A DNA stretch of 32,000 nt from Candidatus Brocadia sp. (GCA_021650915.1 CP091279.1:330001-362000), one strand, 5' to 3'. Positions 9,401 to 17,800 are shown, counted from the stretch's first letter. Program-made: numbers and translations. Notes: generated by a model from the sequence alone, not told the origin.

Positions 9401-10404
9401 AGCAATTGTTCGTCATCCCATCCCAGCCGGATACCCATTTCCTTTTGTACATGGATACCATCCGGTTCTTCACTTAATAAATTAGCGCTTACCGGTTGTA
9501 CCGCATGTACGATCTTGGCAAAGCCGTCATCATAATCGGCTACTTCTATTTTCAATAGATCAAACTGGCCATTGGGCTGGGCAGGACCGGGAACAACCGG
9601 AAACAGCACTGCTGCAAATAATTGCCTGGGCTGATCAATAGCCGGGATGCGTGCAGCATATTGTTTCAATTCTGTGGCTGCGTTGGTAATATCAAAATCT
9701 GTCAGGTTAGAAATAAGATTGAAATATACCCATCCGCCGTTTTCAAAATAGTTGGGATCGTTGAGATTCAGCGTCCAGGAATGCAATAAGCCAATGGCCC
9801 TTGCCAGTAATGGCTGGCGCAAACAAAATGCAATCACCCGGCCCCAGGTAATATCATCTTTCGATTGCTGAAAGGACGGATTCGGTTTGCCGGTACGTTT
9901 GATAGCACACTGATAGCTGTCATCTGTTTTGGCAAATGCGGTTCGCGGTGTAGTGAAATTAAAAGCGGTACGATAGGATTTCGGTAAATATTTCCGTATA
10001 CCATCCGCATCCGACAAAGGCGCACCGGCGCCTTTGGTAGTTCCCGATAAAGAAGTATCCAGCTTAAATTGCTTACTCAATCCTTCATATAATGCCGGAA
10101 GATTATTCGGGTAGGCCAGTGTGGTAGGCCATGTATCTGCCAAGACGCCTTCATTGGTCAATACGGTCGCATCGGAAAACGGATACGTGCTCAATCCTTT
10201 AATGGTCTTTATTTCCAGTTGCAGGTTAGCTTTGATAAACTTGGGCAGATCAACCGGGTTACCCGGATTCAGCACGCTATTGAACGTTGCCTGCGCATTC
10301 AATAAATTTTGCGTGGGCAATACCAAAACGTTTAGTTCAAGCTGATTGTCATTCACGCGTTGCGGAAAAGTAAGTATCCTGAGTTTTTCTGGCTGTAAAG
10401 GCAT
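6406..10404 (-). CDS. Giant hypothetical protein B (1332 aa), no recognisable domain
   Basis: Uninterrupted 3999-nt ORF with an ATG start, beginning 30 nt downstream of giant ORF A on the same strand. No signal peptide, Walker A or metal-binding motif seen. The C-terminus ends in CCENCG. Confidence 0.85.
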   Translation of the reverse strand: MPLQPEKLRILTFPQRVNDNQLELNVLVLPTQNLLNAQATFNSVLNPGNPVDLPKFIKANLQLEIKTIKGLSTYPFSDATVLTNEGVLADTWPTTLAYPNNLPALYEGLSKQFKLDTSLSGTTKGAGAPLSDADGIRKYLPKSYRTAFNFTTPRTAFAKTDDSYQCAIKRTGKPNPSFQQSKDDITWGRVIAFCLRQPLLARAIGLLHSWTLNLNDPNYFENGGWVYFNLISNLTDFDITNAATELKQYAARIPAIDQPRQLFAAVLFPVVPGPAQPNGQFDLLKIEVADYDDGFAKIVHAVQPVSANLLSEEPDGIHVQKEMGIRLGWDDEQLLIWQNRQFLSDPTTPGQRIDAPLGVFSYRVDVKEKNNVAWNSLVNTQSKAKLTLAGETIAPAGAPVETGVQVYPMKVNADAGAFFWLPGYFTQWYGPSLVLPDTRAAQLDASGALADPGKYTDGIKPIPPEQKGGLYEPLLPEDCELKYGKEYEFRVRFADLTGGGPLVTDNELNDAPASSSSIIFKRYVAPKQLTLKPLTAQPAPDAGTIIFYAGEGFEVLRPRLGYPALLFTEMDTADAFQKLLDDKNFLHTGKLPNETIKDQREVSYFDPDVDKIMVIVEVRTLLMDNLASLTQKEAFIPLYKTFRTFPHDPEEPYELNLEYRDARVIDFGNTLTLGDLNISQTEIDQIDSIVVPTSRDVRITLYPVCSDKEASPAYFGLQKQLIAGELVRTGEPIQFFVRQDATAEPEFFKPVLESKKLQGIYLQPDPVQIINPVSFIPEIVAGKEAEQTTVMQRLAAQLDLDYKGLSLIGKPGERIQFGCSNRIRHTLAPDNSSLSFAASGELFNHWLCVLSYEINRDWTWDGLSDTGIKLEREKQFTNEPATKETEVVGYLELKKTASRIAINDPDRSYTRIVFIDAVEPKKDLDKPATAAQPFPNTIDVKYTLTPQFIKSVSAASANAQITTADVLLPTTVIPKQVPKVVAAGIALSPYRQNDDYSETATRERYLWFEFEAPIEDPNDAYFARVLTYAPDPLLTYPNPDQVLVKQDDPPLSIDPELIRVITKGHGNDNAGIDAMQLMVSETPNPDTPLMKITPVHYLLPLPPGLHNESNELFGFFIYELRVGHTNTIWCTAQGRFGHPARVNGVQHPAPPLKCLVERTNKGIAVTAQYAQAVFNGKQVTARPPRSEIWCMLYAQVKQADGKQNRNILLSEVKLDYVQTAHPQQIAEFLKARASLTLIAANSLQANPDIPLTGKAGWSANEIDLLLDQFHLRGNIGLSVLAVEMMPRYEQFIYNYDAQVSDVRPLSRELGRYRILRTSRLAVVPEICCENCG

Positions 10405-10434
10405 AGAAATAATTAGAGTAGTTGAATAATTAAT

Positions 10435-13400
10435 TTAAGCAATTTGTCGCGATTCTTCCCAGCTGTCGGTGAAGTTGATATCGATCACCCATAATACACA
10501 TACATCTATTGAGAAAGTTACCTGCGCTACACAATTGGTGCGGTCGGTGGTCAGATCGCGATGAATACCACCACCGGCTTCTATCTGAATGCAGATAGCG
10601 ATCAATCCGCCACAGATCTCCGCTGATCCGCGGAACAACATGAGCGCTCCTACATCCAGGGAAGTGGTTCCTAATCCCACTTCCACTTCTACCATATATA
10701 ATACGGCTACATTGGCTACTACCGGTAACCCTACTACGATCTCTACGCCGAACCCAACTTTCATATACAGGTAAAGACCGGCTTTGCTGTCGGCCTGTAT
10801 ACCCAGCACTACCTGACCTACTGCATATACACTGGCCACAGCCAGGGTAAAACATTGTACCTGCAGCCTGCCGTAGAATTGGACATAGGCGCCGCAGGCG
10901 GGTACCAGCTGCTTGAGATCGCCGGGTATGGAAAGCACTTCGTTAAAATAGAAACCTACTTTCAACCCGGCTTCCAGTTTCAATGGCGGATTGGGATTGA
11001 TGGTGAGTTGTGCGGGAGAAGGAAATTTAATGACCGGGATTTCCTTGGAGCAATTGAATTTATATTCCCAACTCAGCGGTGCATTGCTCATGCCCACCTT
11101 CATGCCTTCATCAAAACCTTCGCCGGATAACATCGCCAGCACGCGTAATATATCTACTACAGGTTCTAATATCGGCCCGAACTGAAGATTGGGTTTATCA
11201 TATTTCGGATTAATGCCGCTGGAAGCATTGAAGTTTCCATCCACCCACATCAGTCTCTGGAAAGGACCGAGATCCACTACCACACGAATATTGGAAAGCG
11301 CAGCCTTCCACTTGTCGGCAATGGCAGCCACCGAATCAATACCCAATTTTAAATTACCATTACCTTCATTGCTTGAATATTCAGCATATACCTTTAAGAT
11401 ACCGGGCTCATCAATAAACGGGTATTGATAATTATTGGGCAATAGCGTGCCCAAATTAAGATTCCTGTCTGCCATCTTCATCAAACCTTCACCCAGTATC
11501 TGCAGTTCTTTTTCCGCATTGGTTAATTTCAGCGCATTGGCAATATTGGGAAATATACTTTTTGCATTGAGCAGTTTATAGGCGTCTGCAAAATACGTTT
11601 CATTGCTCAGCAGCTTTGGTACGCCGTTGCTGAATTGCGGAATATCGAATAATAATTTTTGCGTGCCGGTAGATTGCAATACGCCGAAATTAATTTTAGA
11701 AGCAGCCTGGACAACATCCGCAGGATTGGCAATCTTTACGTTGGTATTGCCATTGGCTTTGATCAGCGGAACGCTTTGTCCCTCTTCTACCGGTTTTACA
11801 TCGCCGCTATCGGTATGTTGTTTTACGACCGACCAGGAGCCATCCGGTGGTAAGATGAGTGAACCCCGGGCAGCGCTTACGAAAATGTTCTTCCCTGATG
11901 GATCTAATGCAGGATTGATATCGACACGCGAAAACCGCATCTTTTGCTTTGAACCGGCTATATCCATCGTACAGTCAACGGGTCCGCCGAGTGACCCGTT
12001 CTGGAAATTCAATAGGCCGGCAAAAACTTTAGGAGTGATCAGGATGCCCGTAGGAGACAGCTGTACATAACCGAGCATTTTGCGTGATTGAACTTTGAAA
12101 TCAGTACTGCTCTTTACTCCACCACTAGTTATATTATCCATATGCACATCGCCATCAAAGAGCACCGCTTGTAGTACAACCGGCAGTTGCTCATCAAGGC
12201 TAGTCAGGCTTTTAAAGACATGATCTTTCCAGTCGGTAAAGTTTTTGCCGGTAATTGACGGCAAACCGCTTTCATTCAAACTGAATGAAGAACTAAAGAC
12301 ACCTCCGGCAGGATAATCTTTTATTTCGCGAACATTGGACACGCCCTTAATTACACCTGCGTGAAATTCATAGGGATTCTTGATCTCCTTTAAATTCGGC
12401 TCACCGAAATCGATATTATAATCACAGTTATAAAATGCATCGCTTTCCGCTTTCCAGCCGGAATCAGAGCGGAATACGTATCCATTGGGGGAGCGCATCA
12501 GCGTTATGGTTCGTACCACATGTACAATACCTGTACACATATACATCACGCTTCTTACCTGCACCACTTCATGGGCAGTGCGTCCAACCAGTACATCGAA
12601 CTTGGCCTGACTCACGTCTGCTATCGCTGCGCCATCATTGAGCCAGTTACTGAATATACTGGCTCCATATCCGGAGAATTCAATTTTTTCCAGTGGTACT
12701 TTTGGTTTGTCAGCAGTGAATACTTTATTGAAAATATCTTTTACCTGTTTTCCCAGTGCGCTGCCGGAGATAGACAGTCCCAAAATGAACCACTTAATAT
12801 TATTGTCCAGCTGAAGAGTCCACCCTTTGAAAGAATTCTTTTCAAAAAATGACGTGGGAACAGGAGCCTCTGCTTTAATCTGTAACCCGCCGCGCAACTG
12901 GTTAAACCAGGGCATATGCAAATGAAGCTTTGCATTTTTGTTTTCGGGCTGGTTGATGTTGCGATTGAAATCGGCCTGTGCAATCATCGCAAATGGCAAT
13001 GTGAACGTTGAATGTAATTGCCGTGGAATTTGTTTGTCGTTGTACTCTTTTATAAAATGATGCGTTACCGATAAGGGTGTGATGGGCACCTGGTAAGGAC
13101 TTTCAGAAAATATATGCGTGGGGATGCCGTCATTATCATATACCAATATACCAGGGGTAACCGTAATCAGATCCTGTGGATCGGGCGGGCCTTCAATGGC
13201 CAGGGGAATATTGGAAATCGGTTCCCACGAAATTTGTGGTAAAGTAACTGCTCTTACATACTGACCAATACTCACTACATCCATATTCAATATCTGCAAC
13301 GGCATATTGGCTGCTGTGGAAACGGCGCGACTGGATACCGTGTCTATAGCAAGAAGATTGGTTTCACCATGCTCTCCTCTCTCCACACGGAAGCCCGTTC

Positions 13401-15765
13401 CAAAGCTAACGCCCATCTGGTCGGCATTGCTGGATACATCGAGCAGCATAAAAAGATCGCGGGCATATAATAAATTACTTCCTGTACTGACAGCCATGAA
13501 TGATCCTGCATCCATACTCGCTCCTGACACTACCGAACGATCAAACAAGCCACCGATGACAGACCGTTCCGTATTTCGCAAGGCGGTATCCAGTACGGCA
13601 TTCACCTGTTGCTTTTTGTCTTTAATATGACTGAGCAGTTGGTTTGATTCCAGGTTACGAATCGCTGTATTCAGATCATCTGATTGAACAGACCGGCGCA
13701 TCTTTTCACGGATATTGATATCCTGTACCGGTTGTAAAGCTTTTGCATGCAATGTTTCTTCCATGGGAACAAGCGGCAGATTCGCTTTATCAAGCGTCAT
13801 CCCTGTATTTAACGGCTGGTTAAAGGTGCGTACGCCGGTTTGAAAATTTCTGTTACCCGTTTGCACATTGCCTGTACCCGTATTGACGGAAGAAGTTCTT
13901 GAGGTAAATGCGGACTGATCGAATGGCACAAAACGGAAATATACATAAGCAGGATTATCCGCACTATCCTGCGGCTCAGCCACCTCTGCCGGATCAGGCC
14001 ATTTTACAAATCCTGCCAATGCCATTCCCGAACTACCGGAGCTCATCGCTTCCCTGCCTCGTAACAGGGAAGTATAGCTGGCCACATAGGGATCGGGCAA
14101 AGTGGGCAGGTATATATAAATACCATAGGTTAATACAGCTATACCTTTGGTAATGTGATTATCGTTCAGCAATTCTCCGGATAAAACCAGGCTATACGGA
14201 GCCGTAATGCTAAAAAATGCATTTCTCAGCGCAAGCGAATGGCGTATGTATGCGTCCGGTTTATTAAAGTTGCCATCGAATAATAAATCATTATCAAACA
14301 ACGACGCCCGGAAAGCAGTGCCTGTTTGCGTGATGCCTGCTAACGCAACAATGGATTCAATTTTAAACGGTGTGCCGTTCGCATCTACAGGCCTGTCGAA
14401 GGATGCTTTATGATTACAGAAATACCATACGCCTTCACTTCCTTTGGAAGAACTGATAAAAAGGAAGGGAAAGATTTTACCAAAGCCCAGGTTAATTTCT
14501 GAATGATGCTGAGAATGAGCATTTTCCCAGAGTATCCATTTTTGTTTGCCATACATGTTTTCTGCAAAAAAATCGATTACCGTTACCATGCCTGGTTCAA
14601 CGATGATAGCAGGGTGGTTCAGCCTGGTGTCGCCTCCCTTTAATCCTTTCCAGTTGGTGTGAATGCCTTTCTGTAACCCGATGCATAAAGCCCCGGTTCC
14701 CGATGCCGCGCCCAATTGTGACGGATTTAATTTTGCCGCAGGCAATAACCATCCGCTATTGGTATCCAGCTTTGCATTGTTTTTGAATGTACAGAGTTTG
14801 GAGCCGGATGAATGAATAGGAAAAGTATCCGGCGTATCACTCCTGGTGGTAACCGTATAAGGAATCAGTATCTGGCTCAGAAAACCGATCCATACCGGCG
14901 GCAGATTTTTAAATTGAAAATGGGTTTTAGTGTCAAATACGGTGCAGGAAGCATCCGGCGCTGTTACGGCGCTATGAAACGCATTGAATTGAAGCGAAAA
15001 GGTTTCCGGTAAATGAACCGTTGTGTTCGTGGCATCCAGTCCGGCATCGGCGGAAGGATTCGTGACGGTATTTTGATTGAGATCGAGCTGCAGGGAAGCC
15101 GTATTCGTCGGATGAATGATAATATTCCCGCCGCTGATCGTTGCATTTACAGAGAGATCGAGTGTACCGCCACGTACTTTTAAACCGGTATAATAACCTT
15201 GCAGCAAGGATGTTTTTGCAATGAAATGCGAGGCAATCCATACGCTGCCTGCTTCAATGCGATAGGATTTTTTCCCCGTCAATGTTCCCCACACCGGTAT
15301 CAATAAAGTCGGAGCAGCATTGCCCTGGATGTAAACACTTACCATTTTTACAGGTTGAAAAAAATCAAACCATATATCCAGGCCAAGGTCGTCTGTAAAA
15401 GGACCGTATGAATGCGTTACGGCCAATCCTGTTCCCCATTGCGGTACGGAGTTGCCGAGAAAAGTATTGTGAAAGGCGGTTTCCCTTTTAAAGATAAGCG
15501 GAGTAGTACCGCCAACTGCCGGCGGTTTTCTTTTCAGTAAATCGCTGATATGGCTAAAGCGTTCCGGCAGGTTGGGGACAGGTACGGTTCCTTCTGCGAC
15601 TGCATGCTGGAAACTGTTTCCTGAAATGGTCAGCTCAGGATGTTGCAGCAATTGCTCAGCCAAGATACGATGCAATGTCTTGAGGTCGTCATCGGTAGTG
15701 TCTTTGCCTGGTTTTAAGGTACCGGTAAGCTGATGAAGGGCAGATAACAACCGTTGACTATCCAT
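10435..15765 (-). CDS. Giant hypothetical protein A (1776 aa), no recognisable domain; C-terminal ~180 aa hydrophobic and Gly/Val-rich
   Basis: Uninterrupted 5331-nt ORF with an ATG start. The N-terminus MDSQRLLSALHQLTG lacks a signal peptide. No GxxxxGK[ST], HExxH or repeat modules seen. An A7 run at 15358-15364 is read through in frame. Confidence 0.85.
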   Translation of the reverse strand: MDSQRLLSALHQLTGTLKPGKDTTDDDLKTLHRILAEQLLQHPELTISGNSFQHAVAEGTVPVPNLPERFSHISDLLKRKPPAVGGTTPLIFKRETAFHNTFLGNSVPQWGTGLAVTHSYGPFTDDLGLDIWFDFFQPVKMVSVYIQGNAAPTLLIPVWGTLTGKKSYRIEAGSVWIASHFIAKTSLLQGYYTGLKVRGGTLDLSVNATISGGNIIIHPTNTASLQLDLNQNTVTNPSADAGLDATNTTVHLPETFSLQFNAFHSAVTAPDASCTVFDTKTHFQFKNLPPVWIGFLSQILIPYTVTTRSDTPDTFPIHSSGSKLCTFKNNAKLDTNSGWLLPAAKLNPSQLGAASGTGALCIGLQKGIHTNWKGLKGGDTRLNHPAIIVEPGMVTVIDFFAENMYGKQKWILWENAHSQHHSEINLGFGKIFPFLFISSSKGSEGVWYFCNHKASFDRPVDANGTPFKIESIVALAGITQTGTAFRASLFDNDLLFDGNFNKPDAYIRHSLALRNAFFSITAPYSLVLSGELLNDNHITKGIAVLTYGIYIYLPTLPDPYVASYTSLLRGREAMSSGSSGMALAGFVKWPDPAEVAEPQDSADNPAYVYFRFVPFDQSAFTSRTSSVNTGTGNVQTGNRNFQTGVRTFNQPLNTGMTLDKANLPLVPMEETLHAKALQPVQDINIREKMRRSVQSDDLNTAIRNLESNQLLSHIKDKKQQVNAVLDTALRNTERSVIGGLFDRSVVSGASMDAGSFMAVSTGSNLLYARDLFMLLDVSSNADQMGVSFGTGFRVERGEHGETNLLAIDTVSSRAVSTAANMPLQILNMDVVSIGQYVRAVTLPQISWEPISNIPLAIEGPPDPQDLITVTPGILVYDNDGIPTHIFSESPYQVPITPLSVTHHFIKEYNDKQIPRQLHSTFTLPFAMIAQADFNRNINQPENKNAKLHLHMPWFNQLRGGLQIKAEAPVPTSFFEKNSFKGWTLQLDNNIKWFILGLSISGSALGKQVKDIFNKVFTADKPKVPLEKIEFSGYGASIFSNWLNDGAAIADVSQAKFDVLVGRTAHEVVQVRSVMYMCTGIVHVVRTITLMRSPNGYVFRSDSGWKAESDAFYNCDYNIDFGEPNLKEIKNPYEFHAGVIKGVSNVREIKDYPAGGVFSSSFSLNESGLPSITGKNFTDWKDHVFKSLTSLDEQLPVVLQAVLFDGDVHMDNITSGGVKSSTDFKVQSRKMLGYVQLSPTGILITPKVFAGLLNFQNGSLGGPVDCTMDIAGSKQKMRFSRVDINPALDPSGKNIFVSAARGSLILPPDGSWSVVKQHTDSGDVKPVEEGQSVPLIKANGNTNVKIANPADVVQAASKINFGVLQSTGTQKLLFDIPQFSNGVPKLLSNETYFADAYKLLNAKSIFPNIANALKLTNAEKELQILGEGLMKMADRNLNLGTLLPNNYQYPFIDEPGILKVYAEYSSNEGNGNLKLGIDSVAAIADKWKAALSNIRVVVDLGPFQRLMWVDGNFNASSGINPKYDKPNLQFGPILEPVVDILRVLAMLSGEGFDEGMKVGMSNAPLSWEYKFNCSKEIPVIKFPSPAQLTINPNPPLKLEAGLKVGFYFNEVLSIPGDLKQLVPACGAYVQFYGRLQVQCFTLAVASVYAVGQVVLGIQADSKAGLYLYMKVGFGVEIVVGLPVVANVAVLYMVEVEVGLGTTSLDVGALMLFRGSAEICGGLIAICIQIEAGGGIHRDLTTDRTNCVAQVTFSIDVCVLWVIDINFTDSWEESRQIA

Positions 15766-15815
15766 AATCCGTTATGAGATGATAAGAAATTGCTACCTTT
15801 TATCAAACATGACAG

Positions 15816-16268
15816 TCAATGTAACAAAAGCAAAGAAAATTGCAAGGTATTTTTATACATGGTAGGGAAATGATCAATTTCCTGCAGGTGATTCTTGAAG
15901 GACGATACCTGTTCAGTCCCCTTTGAAATAGGTATAAATCTTCGGTTTCCCCGTTTCCCGAAAGCGTTTTTAACGCGGCTTCAAATTCTTCCTGGGCATA
16001 TTTTCCTATCCTGGTAAAAAAACAAACTTACAACGATATCGCATGTCTTAATGGCCTTGTTATACTCGTCTTGTAAACGGGTATCAGAAATAGCATCTAA
16101 AAAGTACTCCCACTGCACTAATTCAAGGTACATGCCTTTTTTGTGCAAGCGGTCATTTTCGATGCTTAGGAATATCCTGAATGCATCCCTGTCTTCTTTT
16201 AAGTCAGAGGATGAGGCAAGAAAGATTTTGATGGTTTTTGGAGAAGTTTCCCTTTTTCCATTGCTCAT
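15816..16268 (-). pseudogene. TIR / nucleoside-2-deoxyribosyltransferase-like (flavodoxin-fold) domain gene, disrupted by at least 3 frameshifts
   Basis: Frame 1 (ATG at 16268) reads MSNGKRETSPKTIKIFLASSSDLKEDRDAFRIFLSIENDRLHKKGMYLELVQWEYFLDAISDTRLQDEYNKAIKTCDIVVSLFF. The sense continues only after shifting frame at the A7/T7 run 16016-16022 (TRIGKYAQEEFEAALK). A second shift is needed at the T5 run 15967-15971 (RFRETGKPKIYTYFKGD). A third is needed near the C4 run 15918-15921 (EQVSSFKNHLQEIDHFPTMYKN). The domain assignment is from remembered family patterns (KIFLxSSS..., CDIxVxLFF, GKPxIxTYFK). Confidence 0.5.
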
Positions 16269-16461
16269 AGCGCAGCTGCAACCAAAAATAACTACCTCGC
16301 TTCCCCGCCTTCGCAAAGAAGGGATAAGATGGAGATAAAAACCTTGCTAAAAAAGGACGATTTTACTCAGCAATACCATACCGCAGTACAGCTGCAACCA
16401 AGTCTCCATTAACAAAGAGGGTAAAGGGGGTTGTCAGGAATCTCCCGAAAAGAGAAAGATT

Positions 16462-16647
16462 TTATGCGGTAATACGATACATCATCTTTGTGCAGCCTGC
16501 CGTGCCTTCTACCTGCATTGTCAGCGCCATTGCCTTTGTACCTACAAGGTGACATATTTTTATTATGGCTTTACCGTTTTCAGAATATCTAACTGCACAT
16601 GGTCCACACGGCATGGCAAGAGTATTTGCTATATATTCTTTGAACAT
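16462..16647 (-). CDS. Small Cys-containing hypothetical protein (61 aa)
   Basis: ATG-initiated ORF containing a PCGPC motif. Weak RBS and no recognised family. Confidence 0.3.
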   Translation of the reverse strand: MFKEYIANTLAMPCGPCAVRYSENGKAIIKICHLVGTKAMALTMQVEGTAGCTKMMYRITA

Positions 16648-16866
16648 CCGAAATTTCTCAGTATAATAAATACAACATGCGATTTCCTGAAAGCAAGAAC
16701 TGCCTGTTCTCAGACTTTGTGTGGGAACCCCCTGTTTATCAATCTAAATATTCATTGACTGAGAACCCTTTGAGTATATGTGGATTAATCGTTCTACTGG
16801 GCACACAGACGAAATCTGCAATGAGTGAACCAGTCCTGGAATATGGTATTATTTTACGGAAGCGGT

Positions 16867-17610
16867 ATGAACCGATCTAAGGCAAAGGGTAGCGAGACTA
16901 TCCGTAATATTATCCAAAAGACCTTGCACGAGCAGCGATACGAATTACTCGAACCAGAGGCCAAACAACTCATAGAGGCATTCGGTATAAAAACCACTGA
17001 GCATGGAGTTGCGCCTTCTCGTGAAGAAGCTGTTCGCGTGGCGCGATCCCTCGGTTATCCTGTTGCCCTCAAGATCGTCTCCCCCGATATCAGTCATAAA
17101 ACCGATGTGGGTGGGGTAAGGCTTGGTATCAGGGATGACGACAGCGTTGGGGATGCCTATGACGAGATTATGGGAAACGCAACAAAGACGATGCCGTCTG
17201 CACGGATTTATGGAGTCATTGTCCAGGAAATGGCAACGCCTTCCACGGAAGTCATTATCGGCGGGCTAAGAGATCCTCAATTTGGTCCTGCGGTGATGTT
17301 TGGGCTGGGCGGTATCTTTGTTGAAGTATTTCAGGACGTTTCCTTTCGCATCGCCCCGGTAGGGGAACACGAGGCGTTTGACATGATTTACAGCGTGAAG
17401 GGGTTCAGGATTCTCAAGCGTTTCAGAAACAGGGAGGCGGCGGATGTTGCCGCCCTGGCTCAGGCGATTGTAAAGGTCTCAGACATCATGGTTGACACAG
17501 AGGAGATTAAGGAAATTGATCTGAACCCCGTTCTTGTTTACCCACAAGGCCTGAAGGCCGTGGATGCGAGGATTATTCTGGGTCATTCGAATGGCGGCAC
17601 CAGTGCATAA
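16867..17610 (+). CDS. Acetate--CoA ligase (ADP-forming) family ATP-grasp (beta) subunit-like protein
   Basis: LLEPEAKQLIEAFGIKT..., YPVALKIVSPDISHKTDVGGVRLGI and EIDLNPVLV match the ATP-grasp domain of ADP-forming acyl-CoA synthetases. I prefer the ATG at 16867, which is preceded by GGAAG, over the GTG at 16825. Confidence 0.75.
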   Translation: MNRSKAKGSETIRNIIQKTLHEQRYELLEPEAKQLIEAFGIKTTEHGVAPSREEAVRVARSLGYPVALKIVSPDISHKTDVGGVRLGIRDDDSVGDAYDEIMGNATKTMPSARIYGVIVQEMATPSTEVIIGGLRDPQFGPAVMFGLGGIFVEVFQDVSFRIAPVGEHEAFDMIYSVKGFRILKRFRNREAADVAALAQAIVKVSDIMVDTEEIKEIDLNPVLVYPQGLKAVDARIILGHSNGGTSA

Positions 17611-17734
17611 ATTTGTGTGCAGGAATTTCAAGCACCCCCCATAATCCCCTCGGTAAACGGGGGGGGGAAGTTGCCGAAGGCCTAATTTAATGATAAGGAA
17701 TTTCAATCTTGTATCATAGCATACCAGACAACCC

Positions 17735-17800
17735 CCTGAATCCTCCTTTGGTAAGGTGGACTTCCCTGTCCCCCGCTGGCGGGGGTAGGGGGTGGATATC
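17735..17800. repeat. Copy B of the ~66-bp G/C-run double-hairpin repeat family
   Basis: Collinear with 3799-3864. Contains CCTCCTT..AAGGTGG and the CCCCCG-CTGG-CGGGGG hairpin. Partial relatives lie at 16296-16330 and 17646-17664. Confidence 0.6.

Noticed and set aside
10430-10855. 141-aa minus-strand ORF overlapping the 3' end of giant ORF A in another frame
   Set aside because: It has the Arg/Ser/Gly-rich composition typical of an off-frame read of a real gene, and it is fully nested in the 1776-aa ORF.
11603-12070. Plus-strand ORFs antisense to the giant genes (this one at 155 aa; also 8771-9136, 7525-7866, 13307-13630 and others)
   Set aside because: They are short and lack RBSs. They are entirely antisense to long uninterrupted ORFs, as expected by chance at this GC content.
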